From IMG/VR virus record IMGVR_UViG_3300049216_000067: a stretch of 64,000 nt of DNA. One strand, given 5' to 3'. The position numbers were made by a program, and so were the translations under genes. Below the pieces are notes generated by a model. The model saw only the letters and a program-made list of their open reading frames with translations. It made no database searches and was not told the DNA's origin. How positions within the stretch are numbered: position 1 is the first letter of the stretch; every line of letters starts with the position of its first letter. Source of the stretch: a virus. Positions 10,075 to 20,139 of the stretch are shown one piece after another.

Positions 10075-12090
10075 ATGGCAGATAAAAAGAAAAATAACTC
10101 AGACTCACCTGGCCAAACAACGTCAGAAACGACCGCTGCTGCTCATGTGATTTTCAATGATCCAGAACAACCTCAGCGTCCGGTTACAGTAGAAAATATC
10201 AACAAAACAGTTAGCCAAGCTGTTGGTAAAGCTTTTGCTGAAAAAGAAAAAGAGGACATGAAAAAGCTGAAGGTTCGTATTAAGAACCCTCCTGCGCCTC
10301 CAACAACACAAAATAAACCAAAACCTAAAATAAAGATTAAACCAGATCAGGTTCCTGTGACTTCTGTTGAGGAAGAAACACAGAAACCTAAGATGAAAAT
10401 TAAGCTAAAGCAGAATAAGCCTGAATCATCTAAAAAGATGAAGATCAGGATGAAGCCTAACGCTCCTGGTGAAACAGAAGAAAAAGTTAACACTCCGACT
10501 GGAATTTCAATAAATCAGTTGGCAGAAAAATTAGCTGATAATATTTCTGATAAAGAAAAACCTAGCAAGCCACGTATCAGGATTAAGCCTGATGCACCCT
10601 ATTGGACAGATACAGAAAAAACTGATCAGAACAAATCTCTTGCTGCTGTAGTTAGTAAAACTGTAGCTAGTAAAGCCGCTGCTCTTGAAAAGAAACCAGA
10701 AACGGTAGAGCCTGTAGCCAATCCACATCGAGAAGACATCCAAGCTTTACAGACGAAGGTTGAAAAATTAGAAGAATCAGCGAAAGTTGAAAAGACTTCA
10801 AAACCAATGACAGAAGAAGAGAAAAAGCAATCAAGGTCTGATGCGGCTGATGCTTTGAAAGCTCTAGGTTTTAAGAAATCTGAATTCCAAGAATTGTTGG
10901 ATAAAGTCGATCATATTGAAGGTACGACTGAAAAGATTCGCATGGTTCTTAAACTTAAGGACAATCCTGCTGCTAAAATTCCTCAAGCAGAAGTTCCGGC
11001 TGCATTAGAAGTTGCCAAAAAAGAAACAAAAGAACCTATTGTAGCTCCTGTAAAAACGGGAACTAAAGAACCAGAAGCACCAAAAGCAACTGAAGTGCCT
11101 AAAGATCCTAACGCTCCTGAACAACTATCATTATTCAAAACTCCTGAAGTGCAAGCTACCAGTCCGTTTGCCGCTGTCACAGTGACACCTAAACCACCAA
11201 CTGTACCTGCACCTAAAAATGTTCAAAACAGTCAATCAGATCAAGATAAAGCAGAAGAAGATAAGAAAAACGCCCAAGAGTTGAAAGACAAGTTGGCTCA
11301 AGCTGAGCGCGACAAACAAATACAGAAGAAGTTGGATGAAATTGAGAAAGCAATTTTTAGCAAAGGTCTTCTTGATAACATTTCTTCTTTGATATCCGGA
11401 ACACTTAAGAGTCTTTTTGGTACTTTACTTGGACCATTACTCAAGCCTTTGATTTCTGCTTTACCTAGCTTAGTAGGTGCTTTGGCTAAATCTGCTCTAC
11501 TAATAGGAGTGGGTGTTGCTGCTTATGAAGGTGCTTCTTACCTATTAAAGAAAGCCGGATATACCGGTGAAACATTAGGTAGTCTTTTTTCTAATCAAGA
11601 TGCTGAAGAACAGAAAAGAGAAAATGCTTGGAACAAATATGGTAACAGGAATGCCATCAATTCTTTGAACACCAAACTTCAAGGTACAGGCTACACTGCT
11701 ATTGGTGCCGGTCAATATAAAGATTCAAAAGGCAATACGGTCAAAAAAGCCGATCTACCACCTGAAGTTCAGCGTAAATTAGACGCTAATGTCGCTAAGG
11801 TTACAAATCCTGCTGAAAGCGTTCCGGCCAAACTTGAAGCACAGGCACCAAAAGCAGCCTCTGACACTGCTTCTCAGAAGCTTACAGACACGCCTACAGC
11901 GGCTCCAACACAAGACGCTCCTGTAGTGCATGTTCACCAAGATAACCGTCAGATAACGGCTCCTGCGCCTCAACCGGTCAATGATGGGGGTGCTTTGATT
12001 CAGGTAAGAAATACTGAGCCATCTGCGTCAGGTATAATAGCAAACCTATTTGACCATCCAGTCACTTATGGTGCTGTTTACCGCATGTAA
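10075..12090 (+). CDS. Putative tape-measure/gp29-position protein
   Basis: 671 aa after gp26-gp51; Lys/Pro-rich N half, coiled coil, hydrophobic GLL..I.SL..G segment. Confidence 0.5.
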   Translation: MADKKKNNSDSPGQTTSETTAAAHVIFNDPEQPQRPVTVENINKTVSQAVGKAFAEKEKEDMKKLKVRIKNPPAPPTTQNKPKPKIKIKPDQVPVTSVEEETQKPKMKIKLKQNKPESSKKMKIRMKPNAPGETEEKVNTPTGISINQLAEKLADNISDKEKPSKPRIRIKPDAPYWTDTEKTDQNKSLAAVVSKTVASKAAALEKKPETVEPVANPHREDIQALQTKVEKLEESAKVEKTSKPMTEEEKKQSRSDAADALKALGFKKSEFQELLDKVDHIEGTTEKIRMVLKLKDNPAAKIPQAEVPAALEVAKKETKEPIVAPVKTGTKEPEAPKATEVPKDPNAPEQLSLFKTPEVQATSPFAAVTVTPKPPTVPAPKNVQNSQSDQDKAEEDKKNAQELKDKLAQAERDKQIQKKLDEIEKAIFSKGLLDNISSLISGTLKSLFGTLLGPLLKPLISALPSLVGALAKSALLIGVGVAAYEGASYLLKKAGYTGETLGSLFSNQDAEEQKRENAWNKYGNRNAINSLNTKLQGTGYTAIGAGQYKDSKGNTVKKADLPPEVQRKLDANVAKVTNPAESVPAKLEAQAPKAASDTASQKLTDTPTAAPTQDAPVVHVHQDNRQITAPAPQPVNDGGALIQVRNTEPSASGIIANLFDHPVTYGAVYRM

Positions 12091-12113
12091 AAAAGCCACC
12101 TTTCGGTGGCTTC
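12089..12113 (-). terminator. Rho-independent terminator between convergent genes
   Basis: AAGCCACC-GAAA-GGTGGCTT followed by a T tract on the minus strand. Confidence 0.85.
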
Positions 12114-12157
12114 ATAACTCCAGATTGTTGGTGCAAGGAGAAGGAGTTTAAGGAGAT

Positions 12158-13108
12158 TTACTCGTCATCTGCAAGATCATTAAACATGTTCAACATCTTG
12201 TCATCATCTGAAGATGTTTTTGTTGCAGTTGAAGCTAGTTCCTGCCATGGTGGAGTAGAATCAACAGTTTCTTCGACTGGCTTACTCTTAACAGTTTCCT
12301 TAGAAACTGCCTTGCCGCCATCTAATCCAAGAACTTTATTCAACTTCGCTTCTAGTTCCGCGTAGGTCTTAAACTTATCTGGTGTGACCAATTCCTTTAG
12401 CGAATATTCAGACTTCCAGATTCTTTCAATTTCTTCATCAGTTGATGCAATAGGAGTTCCCTTTGCTGGACTTTCAGAAGTTGCCATACCAACAAATTCA
12501 CTGGTGTCGTAGTTTCTGTAACCTTCTACCTTACGAACCTTCAATTTGAAATCATGACCATTATCAAAACTGAACACAGGAACACCAACAAGCTTGATGC
12601 CTTCGAGTGCTGCTGCTTCAATTTCTTCTGCTGTTGGCTTACCTGCACGACGAATCTTTTCATAAATTTTCTTGCCGTATGAGAACAAGAATACCTTACC
12701 TTCGTTTGCTGGGTTAGCTGGGTCCTTAACTACAAGAATGTTTGAAATGTAAGACAAACGACGCTTTTGAGCCTGAGCAATCTTTTTGTTTGCTTCGTTA
12801 CCTGTCTTCCACAACTTACTGTTGTATTCGCTGACAGGGTCAGCCAATCCAAGAGTAGTCAAACTATTTTCGATGTACCATCCACCAGGGCCTTCAAAAC
12901 CATGAGTAAACAATTGGACGAATGGAGTGCCATCTTCACCGTCTACGAATGGTGCTTCAAGAAAGCGAATGATTGCAAAACCATTACCGGCCTTATCGAC
13001 CTGTGGTTGCCAGAATCGTTCATCGTTCTTTTGCTTGTTGGTTTGCTGAAGTGCTTTTGTAAGTTTATCAAGAGATGATGTCTTACGGAGTTGTGCTAAT
13101 GAGTTCAT
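12158..13108 (-). CDS. gp32: Single-stranded DNA-binding protein gp32
   Basis: DERFW..DKAGNG.A.IRFL, GGWYIENSLTTLG..DPV, YRNYD.SEF, acidic tail. Confidence 0.95.
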   Translation of the reverse strand: MNSLAQLRKTSSLDKLTKALQQTNKQKNDERFWQPQVDKAGNGFAIIRFLEAPFVDGEDGTPFVQLFTHGFEGPGGWYIENSLTTLGLADPVSEYNSKLWKTGNEANKKIAQAQKRRLSYISNILVVKDPANPANEGKVFLFSYGKKIYEKIRRAGKPTAEEIEAAALEGIKLVGVPVFSFDNGHDFKLKVRKVEGYRNYDTSEFVGMATSESPAKGTPIASTDEEIERIWKSEYSLKELVTPDKFKTYAELEAKLNKVLGLDGGKAVSKETVKSKPVEETVDSTPPWQELASTATKTSSDDDKMLNMFNDLADDE

Positions 13109-13179
13109 GTGATATTTCCTTTTTGTACCTGTTTTATATGCGTGTATTGTTTTGTTTCACTTTACTCATAATATAAATC

Positions 13180-13187
13180 TATTTATA
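13180..13187 (-). promoter_or_regulatory. T4-type late promoter TATAAATA
   Basis: Exact TATAAATA upstream of gene 32. NTAAATA variants also occur at about 1865, 7066, 19412, 26265, 32380, 34056, 34682, 39623, 43655, 50801, 55805 (minus) and 7717 (plus). Confidence 0.75.
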
Positions 13188-13351
13188 CACTTAACGTGTG
13201 TCTCTCCACACCTGTCACGATCTTAATGCCTGTCGTTTGCAAGGATCTGAGTTATCGAGTTCCTATCTCGTCCCGCGTGGTTCGATGCTCTCACCTGATT
13301 TAAACCACTGTGTACAACGCAGTATCAGGAATAGCGGGCTGGCGCATTCTG

Positions 13352-14326
13352 TTATTCGTCGTCTCCAAAGTTGCTAGTGAAACCTGGTCCACCAGCTTTC
13401 TTATCGTTTTCAGATGTTACTTTGATGCTATTCATCTTAATAATGCGAGCAATCGTATCATCAAGATCGTTACCCAAACATTCTACAGCAATAATTACTT
13501 CTCGAATGTGAGCGATAGACAAACCTTTTGTTTCTAATGCCCACTTATTCAATTCTTTCTCTGCATTAGGTTCAGCCAAACGAGGAACCTTAGCTGAGAT
13601 GTACTGCTTACGTGCAGCTTCACTTGGCATACCGATCTTAATAATTTCATCAAATCGGCTTGGGCGATTAACCAAACGCTTATCCATCTTTTCAGGATAA
13701 TTCGTGGTAGCTACAAAGACCACATTATCAATTTGAAGTTCGCCGTCCAACAAATGAAGCAAATGCTGTTCGCCACCTTTATCAACGATTGAATCAATAT
13801 CTTCAATCATGACCACAATTGGTCTGATTGGTTCAATAAGACGGAGCACTCGCAAACCCTCTGCGGTTATTCTTGGGTCGGACAAATAGACTGAGATGCC
13901 GCCACTATCAACAATCTGCTTGCTGAGTTGCTGACATAGAACCGTCTTTCCAGAACCCGGAGGACCATAAAGCATGATTCCTCTTTTCCACAGGAAGCCG
14001 TGCTCCCTAAACTTTGGCTCACAGGACCAAAAATGTGCAATTGATGCCAACACTTTTTCTGCCTTGGAGTCCGGAAGGACCAACAACTTATCTAAGTTGA
14101 TTTCCTTACGGATAAAAAATATTCCCTTGTTATCGCTGTATCCAACAATGTATTGTCCAGGAGGAAGTCTCTTTTCAGTAGTGGCACATGGAATATAAGA
14201 ATCTCCACCACTAACAGCCCACATCTGACTACCACTATAGAACTCACTGAATTTACGATCAGCTTTTGTTTGTGGTGTATCTTCATCAGTCCTAGGAATA
14301 CCGGCATTGTTTAATAAGCTGGACAT
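13352..14326 (-). CDS. AAA+ ATPase
   Basis: GPPGSGKT, MIEDID, TTNYPE, RPSRFD. Confidence 0.9.
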   Translation of the reverse strand: MSSLLNNAGIPRTDEDTPQTKADRKFSEFYSGSQMWAVSGGDSYIPCATTEKRLPPGQYIVGYSDNKGIFFIRKEINLDKLLVLPDSKAEKVLASIAHFWSCEPKFREHGFLWKRGIMLYGPPGSGKTVLCQQLSKQIVDSGGISVYLSDPRITAEGLRVLRLIEPIRPIVVMIEDIDSIVDKGGEQHLLHLLDGELQIDNVVFVATTNYPEKMDKRLVNRPSRFDEIIKIGMPSEAARKQYISAKVPRLAEPNAEKELNKWALETKGLSIAHIREVIIAVECLGNDLDDTIARIIKMNSIKVTSENDKKAGGPGFTSNFGDDE

Positions 14327-14895
14327 TGTTTCTCCGTGATAAGTTTACGATACATCATTTCATTCATTGGCTGTTGGGCTTCATAGAACGGTTGAAACTT
14401 TTTCAGTTTCTTATATTTCAGATCCCACACCGGCATCCCAGCTAATTCTTTATTCATGTGATCAATTATATTGGTAAATTTGTTTAATATCAATATTGTT
14501 TGATAGTGAATATCACCGTATTGAAGTTTTTGAAAAATAACTTTGGCGTCGTACCCAGTAATCTTAATCATATCCATGCCAAAATTATCCAAATGTTTTT
14601 TACTATAATTCAACCATTCTAATTGGAATCGAGCCTGATCTTCAAAAATGCTCTTAGTGGTTACCCATTTATCTTTGGTATAAAACAACCAAGAAAAATA
14701 GTACTCAAAAAAGTCGGCGTCCTTAGTGGCAAATTCTCGACTCAACTTTACCCAAGAGTATTTGTCTTGACGACTGTTGAAAGCTTCTTCCGTATAAGCA
14801 GTTTTCCCCATGTACTTTTGGTAATCATATTCGGTAGAAAAGTGCAAAAAGACAGAATGATAAATTTTAAATATAGCGAATGGACTTAGGTTCAT
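14311..14895 (-). CDS. gp59: Helicase loader gp59
   Basis: Y..LHF...YDYQKY.GK...F..RQDKY; next to gp32 and gp33. Confidence 0.8.
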   Translation of the reverse strand: MNLSPFAIFKIYHSVFLHFSTEYDYQKYMGKTAYTEEAFNSRQDKYSWVKLSREFATKDADFFEYYFSWLFYTKDKWVTTKSIFEDQARFQLEWLNYSKKHLDNFGMDMIKITGYDAKVIFQKLQYGDIHYQTILILNKFTNIIDHMNKELAGMPVWDLKYKKLKKFQPFYEAQQPMNEMMYRKLITEKQCPAY

Positions 14896-15098
14896 TACAT
14901 TACATGAATTGGGCAGTAAAGAGAATTTCTTGTTTCAAACGCACCGTTGGCTTGGATTTCAAGAACTGGAGTAGTCACAACATGCTTAGTGTTAGTAACG
15001 TTCTCAGTATCTGGATGATCTACTGGAACCACAATGGCACAATAGCCTTGATGTAACAAGAGTGTTTGTTTCGGATCAAACCTAACTATTTTCTTCAC
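14895..15098 (-). CDS. Hypothetical protein
   Basis: Tightly packed ORF, HPD...VVTTPV...FETRNSLY. Confidence 0.7.
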   Translation of the reverse strand: MKKIVRFDPKQTLLLHQGYCAIVVPVDHPDTENVTNTKHVVTTPVLEIQANGAFETRNSLYCPIHVM

Positions 15099-15316
15099 AG
15101 TGGTAGCACTCCGATTCTAGGTAAGAAACGTAAATCTCTAGCTTCTGTTTCTATTTTACTTTTAATAGTAGTATTCAACAAGCTTGCTGCTACTTCGACC
15201 TCCATACCAGATCTTTTGCAATAATCGATAATTGCATCCATGTGTGTAATAGAAAGAGATTGTGCTCTTTCTTCAATCATAATTGAAAAATTATCTTTCT
15301 CTTCGCGTGTTGGCAT
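15095..15316 (-). CDS. gp33: Late transcription coactivator gp33
   Basis: FS..IE...DAIIDYC....EVE....L...IKSKIE.EA..L.FL. Confidence 0.85.
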   Translation of the reverse strand: MPTREEKDNFSIMIEERAQSLSITHMDAIIDYCKRSGMEVEVAASLLNTTIKSKIETEARDLRFLPRIGVLPL

Positions 15317-15325
15317 TTCTATTCC

Positions 15326-15508
15326 TTATTCTACGTAGGGCGGCAATTCGTAAGATTCTTGATATGTCCATGGACTAAACCAACATCGAATTCTTTCCCA
15401 TCGTGTTAATGGGCGAGGCAGTTCAAAACGAACATTACCTAACCAAATATAATAATGCCAACGGCTTGAGCCATCGGCAGTTTCACCTTCATCATCTATA
15501 GTACTCAT
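15326..15508 (-). CDS. Hypothetical protein
   Basis: Packed ORF in the minus-strand operon. Confidence 0.55.
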   Translation of the reverse strand: MSTIDDEGETADGSSRWHYYIWLGNVRFELPRPLTRWERIRCWFSPWTYQESYELPPYVE

Positions 15509-15660
15509 ACGTTTTTCTTATTTGGTGGACGATCCAAACCACCACGACGAGCAATATATCCGGCTGCTAGCTTGTCCTGTTCTTCTTTAAGCTTGCGCTC
15601 TATGACTCTGCGGTTTATACACTTATCACACATGCATTCTTTCTTGTGATCACTGAACAT
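15505..15660 (-). CDS. Small hypothetical protein (51 aa, CxCxxC)
   Basis: Manual: MFSDHKKECMCDKCINRR...NV; fills the gap and has an ATGA overlap with the next gene. Confidence 0.55.
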   Translation of the reverse strand: MFSDHKKECMCDKCINRRVIERKLKEEQDKLAAGYIARRGGLDRPPNKKNV

Positions 15661-15661
15661 T

Positions 15662-16705
15662 TTATGCTCCGAATACTTGATTCAATTGACGATTAACTTT
15701 TATGAATTCCGGATTGATTGATATTTTTGAAAGATCTTTAACACCCATATACGCACAAGTGCTACGGAGACCACCTAGATATTCTTTAATAGTATTCGAT
15801 ACTGGTCCTTTATAAGGAATCAATACCTCTTTACCTTCGCTGGCTCGATATTCTGCTACGCCGCCATTATGTTTGTCTTGCGCTGGCTTCGAAGCCATTC
15901 CGTAAAACCTACGAAACTCCGGACCACCAAGTTTCATAGATGTACCAGCAACTTCTCCACCACCCTCGTCGTGACCGGCAAATACCCCACCAAGCATCAC
16001 GTAATCGGCTCCTGCGGCTAATGCTTTGGCTACATCACCAGGACAAGTAATACCACCATCGGCAATAATTTTAATGTCAGCTTGATAATTATGTGCTTGA
16101 TCAGCACATTCAATCACTGCGCTAAATTGAGGATAACCAATGCCAGTTAACCTACGAGTTGTACAAACAGATCCTGGTCCGATACCTACCTTAATAATAT
16201 CGGCTCCAGCGTTGGCTAAGCTTGCAACCCCTTCTCGTGTAACTACATTACCAGCAATAATTATGCCGGTGTAATTCTCTCGAAGTTTTCTAACAAAATC
16301 GTGAGTAGATTTCGTATATGCGTTGGCCACATCGACACATACCGCGAATGGCCACTGAAAAGAAGATTGACGAAATACTTCAGTAAATAAACTAAATTTA
16401 TCCCAATCATTAGTTCCCATTGAATAAATGGTATACGGAGCAACAGTAGGATTGTTGCAATAAAAATCCACCAACTCATCAACACTGTAATGTTTATGGA
16501 GTGCAGTCAAAGTATCGTATTTGGATAACTGAATAGCCATCTCAAATGTCCCAACACCATCCATGTTTGCGGCAATGATAGGAACAAAACCATCATCATT
16601 GAATAAATTAACCTCACTCCTAGATTGTGGTGCATCCTTTCCACCGCATTTAGGTAATAACATGACATCAGAATAATCCAGCTTTACATCCGAGTGTATT
16701 TTCAT
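15662..16705 (-). CDS. guaC: GMP reductase
   Basis: [50 protein letters not shown]. Confidence 0.93.
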   Translation of the reverse strand: MKIHSDVKLDYSDVMLLPKCGGKDAPQSRSEVNLFNDDGFVPIIAANMDGVGTFEMAIQLSKYDTLTALHKHYSVDELVDFYCNNPTVAPYTIYSMGTNDWDKFSLFTEVFRQSSFQWPFAVCVDVANAYTKSTHDFVRKLRENYTGIIIAGNVVTREGVASLANAGADIIKVGIGPGSVCTTRRLTGIGYPQFSAVIECADQAHNYQADIKIIADGGITCPGDVAKALAAGADYVMLGGVFAGHDEGGGEVAGTSMKLGGPEFRRFYGMASKPAQDKHNGGVAEYRASEGKEVLIPYKGPVSNTIKEYLGGLRSTCAYMGVKDLSKISINPEFIKVNRQLNQVFGA

Positions 16706-16965
16706 AGGGATTCCATCGCTTCTTTGATGAGAGAATATGGCACAGCATCAGCTATAGTGATGTCTGCTTCTGTTTCGATCCAAAGTTTGGCACCGCATGG
16801 AAGCGGCTTTTCTGGACGATATACGAGCTTACTAGGCCCATTGATCAAGACTTCTTTACAGTAAGTTGTCTTTGGTCCTTCCTGAACTCGACAAACCGGT
16901 AGATTGTTCCCGTGTTTCTTGTTGTGTCGAATCACGTTCACGTTTACGTGGATTATTTTTGTCAA
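16702..16965 (-). CDS. Conserved phage hypothetical protein
   Basis: TTG start after GGAG; IHVN..VIRHN.K...GPS.LVY.P.KPL.CGAK.WIET. Confidence 0.65.
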   Translation of the reverse strand: MTKIIHVNVNVIRHNKKHGNNLPVCRVQEGPKTTYCKEVLINGPSKLVYRPEKPLPCGAKLWIETEADITIADAVPYSLIKEAMESL

Positions 16966-17149
16966 AAGCGAACTCCAAATATTCCATTCGAATCTTAAAA
17001 CAAGTTTGACAAACAGGACACTTACAAAGTGGTGCCGTAAGTCCATCTCCTTTCAGCTTCTTGTGAAGCTTCTTACAGTCTTCAGTGTGGATCTGACCGT
17101 AAGAAGGCAACACAAGATAGCCTAAAGTGTCACATTCTGGACACTTCAT
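16856..17149 (-). CDS. Cys-rich hypothetical protein
   Basis: CPEC...C...CKCPVCQTC; ATGA overlap with the upstream gene. Confidence 0.5.
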   Translation of the reverse strand: MKCPECDTLGYLVLPSYGQIHTEDCKKLHKKLKGDGLTAPLCKCPVCQTCFKIRMEYLEFAFDKNNPRKRERDSTQQETREQSTGLSSSGRTKDNLL

Positions 17150-17835
17150 TGTCGATAAAACAAATGCTGTCCAATGGTTGCCACCAAATTCTCCGGATCT
17201 GCCCAGTTTGGTGCCTTGATGTAAGCAGCATGATAGAGAGTAGCGTCAGCCACATCACCATTACGTTCATGCTTGAAATACACATCACGAGCCATTCTGA
17301 TCACTTTCTGATAAAGACTCGGATGAATCCCAGTCCTAGGCTTACAAGTCCACGAAAACATACAGACTATTTTATCAGAATCTTTTTTAATATGTCGTTC
17401 ATAAACGACTCCACAAACAGTTTTTGGATAATCTTTATCCGCAACTCGATTCATGGTGACAGTAGCGACTGCTAGCTGACCTTCCTCAGGTTCAAATGCG
17501 GCTTCATGATAAATGTTGTCGGCAAGACAGGTGACTTCATTTTGGGTGAAATTCAATCGCGCTTTCTTAATAGCATCCTTCTTGGCTTGTTCTGCCTTCT
17601 TGCGTTCAATCTCGGCAACTTCGTCTTGCTGAGCAAGAAGCTTATCCTGGTAGGACTTGGCCTTACCAATCAACTCTTCGACAGTTGCACGATGCACATC
17701 ACGCTCAACCAACAATTCGTTCTTAAGCTCCTGTGTCCGTACAACGTAGGTAATGGTCACCATAATGGCAACGAAAGTCATGAGCCAAAAGCACATGGTT
17801 TCTTTCGATGCTTTAATAAGGTTAGTCATTGTCAC
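17146..17835 (-). CDS. Cell wall hydrolase (SleB/CwlJ, Hydrolase_2) with N-terminal TM helix
   Basis: CLADNIYHEA..E..EGQLAVA.V.MNRV...YP.TVCGVVY...FSW...IGQHLFY. Confidence 0.9.
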   Translation of the reverse strand: MTMTNLIKASKETMCFWLMTFVAIMVTITYVVRTQELKNELLVERDVHRATVEELIGKAKSYQDKLLAQQDEVAEIERKKAEQAKKDAIKKARLNFTQNEVTCLADNIYHEAAFEPEEGQLAVATVTMNRVADKDYPKTVCGVVYERHIKKDSDKIVCMFSWTCKPRTGIHPSLYQKVIRMARDVYFKHERNGDVADATLYHAAYIKAPNWADPENLVATIGQHLFYRQ

Positions 17836-17880
17836 TCCTTCAAATTGAAATGGAGTGACGATGCTACCTTAAGAATTAGC

Positions 17881-18594
17881 TCAGGTCAAATCTTCGTGAC
17901 TTTCTTCGTATTTTATGCGTGCAATAATATACTTCTTTACGAGTAACGATCTTACAATATCTGTGATATCCATCTCAACAAAGCCAAATAAATCAATCAT
18001 CTCAAGGATTCTTTTGAACTTAATATAGCCACTCGTATCATTGCGCTTCTTATTAAGGTCGGTCTGGTAGTAGTCACCCAGGAATAGGACCTTAGAACCG
18101 TCACCGACACGGCTTATGACAGTATTAAGCTCTTCGAATTGCATGTTCTGGAGTTCATCCACAATGATGATCGAATCCTTGAAGCTCATACCGCGTAGGA
18201 AGCTCGTGGTGACGAATTCGATGCTACCCTCTTCCTTGAGGATGTCATAGGCATCAGGACGGTTAAAAAGCTCTGTAAAGATGCCCATGTAAGGGATCTC
18301 ATAGATAGCTGCCTTCTCTTCGGCAGTACCTGGCAAGAATCCAACCTCACGAGCCGGGACAGTTGACCTAAGGATAATGATGCGCTTGTATTGAGTATCT
18401 TCCTTCATTAATTCTTGAAGGGCTAGATAGATACTCAAAAAGCTTTTACCAGTACCTGGACATCCATGGACAAAAAGATTTAAGCCAGTTTGATATGTTT
18501 GGAACAGCTTCTTTTGGTTTGCTGTTAGTGGTTCAATCTCTCTAAGTCTGAGACTGTTGCGCACGAAAACACTCTGCCCTTTCTTTTTAGCCAT
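17881..18594 (-). CDS. phoH: PhoH-family ATPase
   Basis: GCPGTGKS, GFLPG..EEK, SFLRG, DELQN, GDY.QTDL, DIVRS. Confidence 0.93.
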   Translation of the reverse strand: MAKKKGQSVFVRNSLRLREIEPLTANQKKLFQTYQTGLNLFVHGCPGTGKSFLSIYLALQELMKEDTQYKRIIILRSTVPAREVGFLPGTAEEKAAIYEIPYMGIFTELFNRPDAYDILKEEGSIEFVTTSFLRGMSFKDSIIIVDELQNMQFEELNTVISRVGDGSKVLFLGDYYQTDLNKKRNDTSGYIKFKRILEMIDLFGFVEMDITDIVRSLLVKKYIIARIKYEESHEDLT

Positions 18595-18628
18595 GTTGAC
18601 CCTCTGTTTTTGTTATTAGGAAAGTTCA

Positions 18629-19060
18629 TTAGTTCAATGTCCTTTTTCTAGACATGTCACTAGGTTGAATTTCAATTTCTTCATCATCTAAATCGACTTC
18701 TAAGGTCCCAATGTCTTCATCGTGTGAACCATAAAGTCCAACGAATGCTTCGGGATCGAATTCACCGGTTTCGAGATTGAAACCTGTAAAGATGACAGAG
18801 TAAGGTTCTAATTTGGCTATACATTCTTCGCACAAGAGTTCTTCACAAAAGCCTTTGAAGCCATCACCCATGAGTAGGGTGATGCCGTCTGGGCCAGTAT
18901 GAACTGCGCAAAGATTTTTTGGGTCGCGTGGGTCTTCGAGAACGATGGCTTTGGAGCGGTTTTCTTCAGGCATCCAACCCATCACTTGTGAGAGAGCTAA
19001 TGAAAGAATAAGAGTCAGGTCTTCGTGAGTCATACCTTCTTCAACTTTATTCTTCGCCAC
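18629..19060 (-). CDS. Hypothetical acidic protein
   Basis: GTG start after AGGAG. Confidence 0.65.
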   Translation of the reverse strand: MAKNKVEEGMTHEDLTLILSLALSQVMGWMPEENRSKAIVLEDPRDPKNLCAVHTGPDGITLLMGDGFKGFCEELLCEECIAKLEPYSVIFTGFNLETGEFDPEAFVGLYGSHDEDIGTLEVDLDDEEIEIQPSDMSRKRTLN

Positions 19061-19083
19061 TAGCTTCTCCTATTTGAAAAACA

Positions 19084-19410
19084 GTGGTGGGTTATTCTGT
19101 TTCCAAGAAACCCACCGAAACTCAGAGCAGAATTACGCAGCTAGTGCGAAGTCCTGTTCAAACATGTCATCGTTAGATGCATTTATAGTTTTGCACTTTC
19201 ACGGTTGTTACCTACCGGATAGCCCTTGGTGTATTACTTGCGAAGTCGATACCAGTTCAGGCCCATCAGAAAGATACTGCGACGTTAGCTCTATCACTCG
19301 GCATTAAGCTAACTGCTGCCTGATAACAGTCAGTATCTTTTTGGTGGACCTGTGGGGAGTCGAACCCCAGTGTTCCGCACCTTTAGTCAAAGGTTTACTA
19401 TCATTCAAAC
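19084..19410 (-). ncRNA. ssrA: Circularly permuted (two-piece) tmRNA, tag ASNDDMFEQDFALAA*
   Basis: The 3' piece GGGGTTCGACTCCCCACAGGTCCACCA (CCA end 19342) precedes the 5' piece GGGCCTGAACTGGTATCGAC (G1 at 19264). G3-U70 pair. 77-nt intervening hairpin. Tag ORF at 19180-19133. Confidence 0.93.
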
Positions 19411-20139
19411 TTATTTATCTACACTAGTCTTAAACTTCAGTTTCTTGTATGAAAGCAGTCTATTTCTCTTGTCTGCTCGAACAGGAGATGTGGAAAATGC
19501 CGTAAGAACTGAGCCTATGTCTGGCTCGTAGAAAGGAAATACTTCCAAACCAAGTTCCTTGCAATCCTTAATAGCAATTGCCATCTCTTCATCGTTAGCA
19601 ACACCGATCACCGCAAAATATAATTCATCGAATGCCTTCTCGGCAGCGGCCCCGTTGAATCTACCATTACCTAGACGGTGTCCCATCTTTGCAGCAGCAT
19701 GTGCTGCTTGAACAAGCTGATACTCCGGACTGATATCCTGCCTAACAAAAGTGTAAACGTAATATCTATTCAAATACTCAGACGTTCTAGTGAACGAATA
19801 CTTTATTTGAAGTGCCTTTATAATAGCATGATATTTCTCTAATTCTTCATTATTAGAAAAAATATTATCAGGATCAGTTCCAAGAATGCTGAAGCCACAA
19901 CCAAACAAGGTCCAATAGATGGTATCAAATGGTTCACGACCATTATCCAGCTTGGACTTGCGACGGATTGGAGTAAAGGCACGCCTCAAATAGACATCAG
20001 CTAATGATTCTAATGAGATACGGTGCCAGGTAGGGTCATGGTCTTTAATAGCCCTAAGAATGGCATATTGAACCATGTGGTAGCGGTCGAGTTGCTTGGT
20101 ACGAGCAAGTGTTTTGTAGATTGTTCTAAAGTCTTTCAT
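19411..20139 (-). CDS. Peptidyl-tRNA hydrolase 2 (Pth2)-like C-terminal domain protein
   Basis: YVYTFVRQDIS..QLVQAAHAA...VIGV..EE...FYEPDIG..LTA. Confidence 0.72.
   Translation of the reverse strand: MKDFRTIYKTLARTKQLDRYHMVQYAILRAIKDHDPTWHRISLESLADVYLRRAFTPIRRKSKLDNGREPFDTIYWTLFGCGFSILGTDPDNIFSNNEELEKYHAIIKALQIKYSFTRTSEYLNRYYVYTFVRQDISPEYQLVQAAHAAAKMGHRLGNGRFNGAAAEKAFDELYFAVIGVANDEEMAIAIKDCKELGLEVFPFYEPDIGSVLTAFSTSPVRADKRNRLLSYKKLKFKTSVDK

Noticed and set aside
19074-19307. 77-aa plus-strand ORF
   Set aside because: Antisense to the tmRNA.
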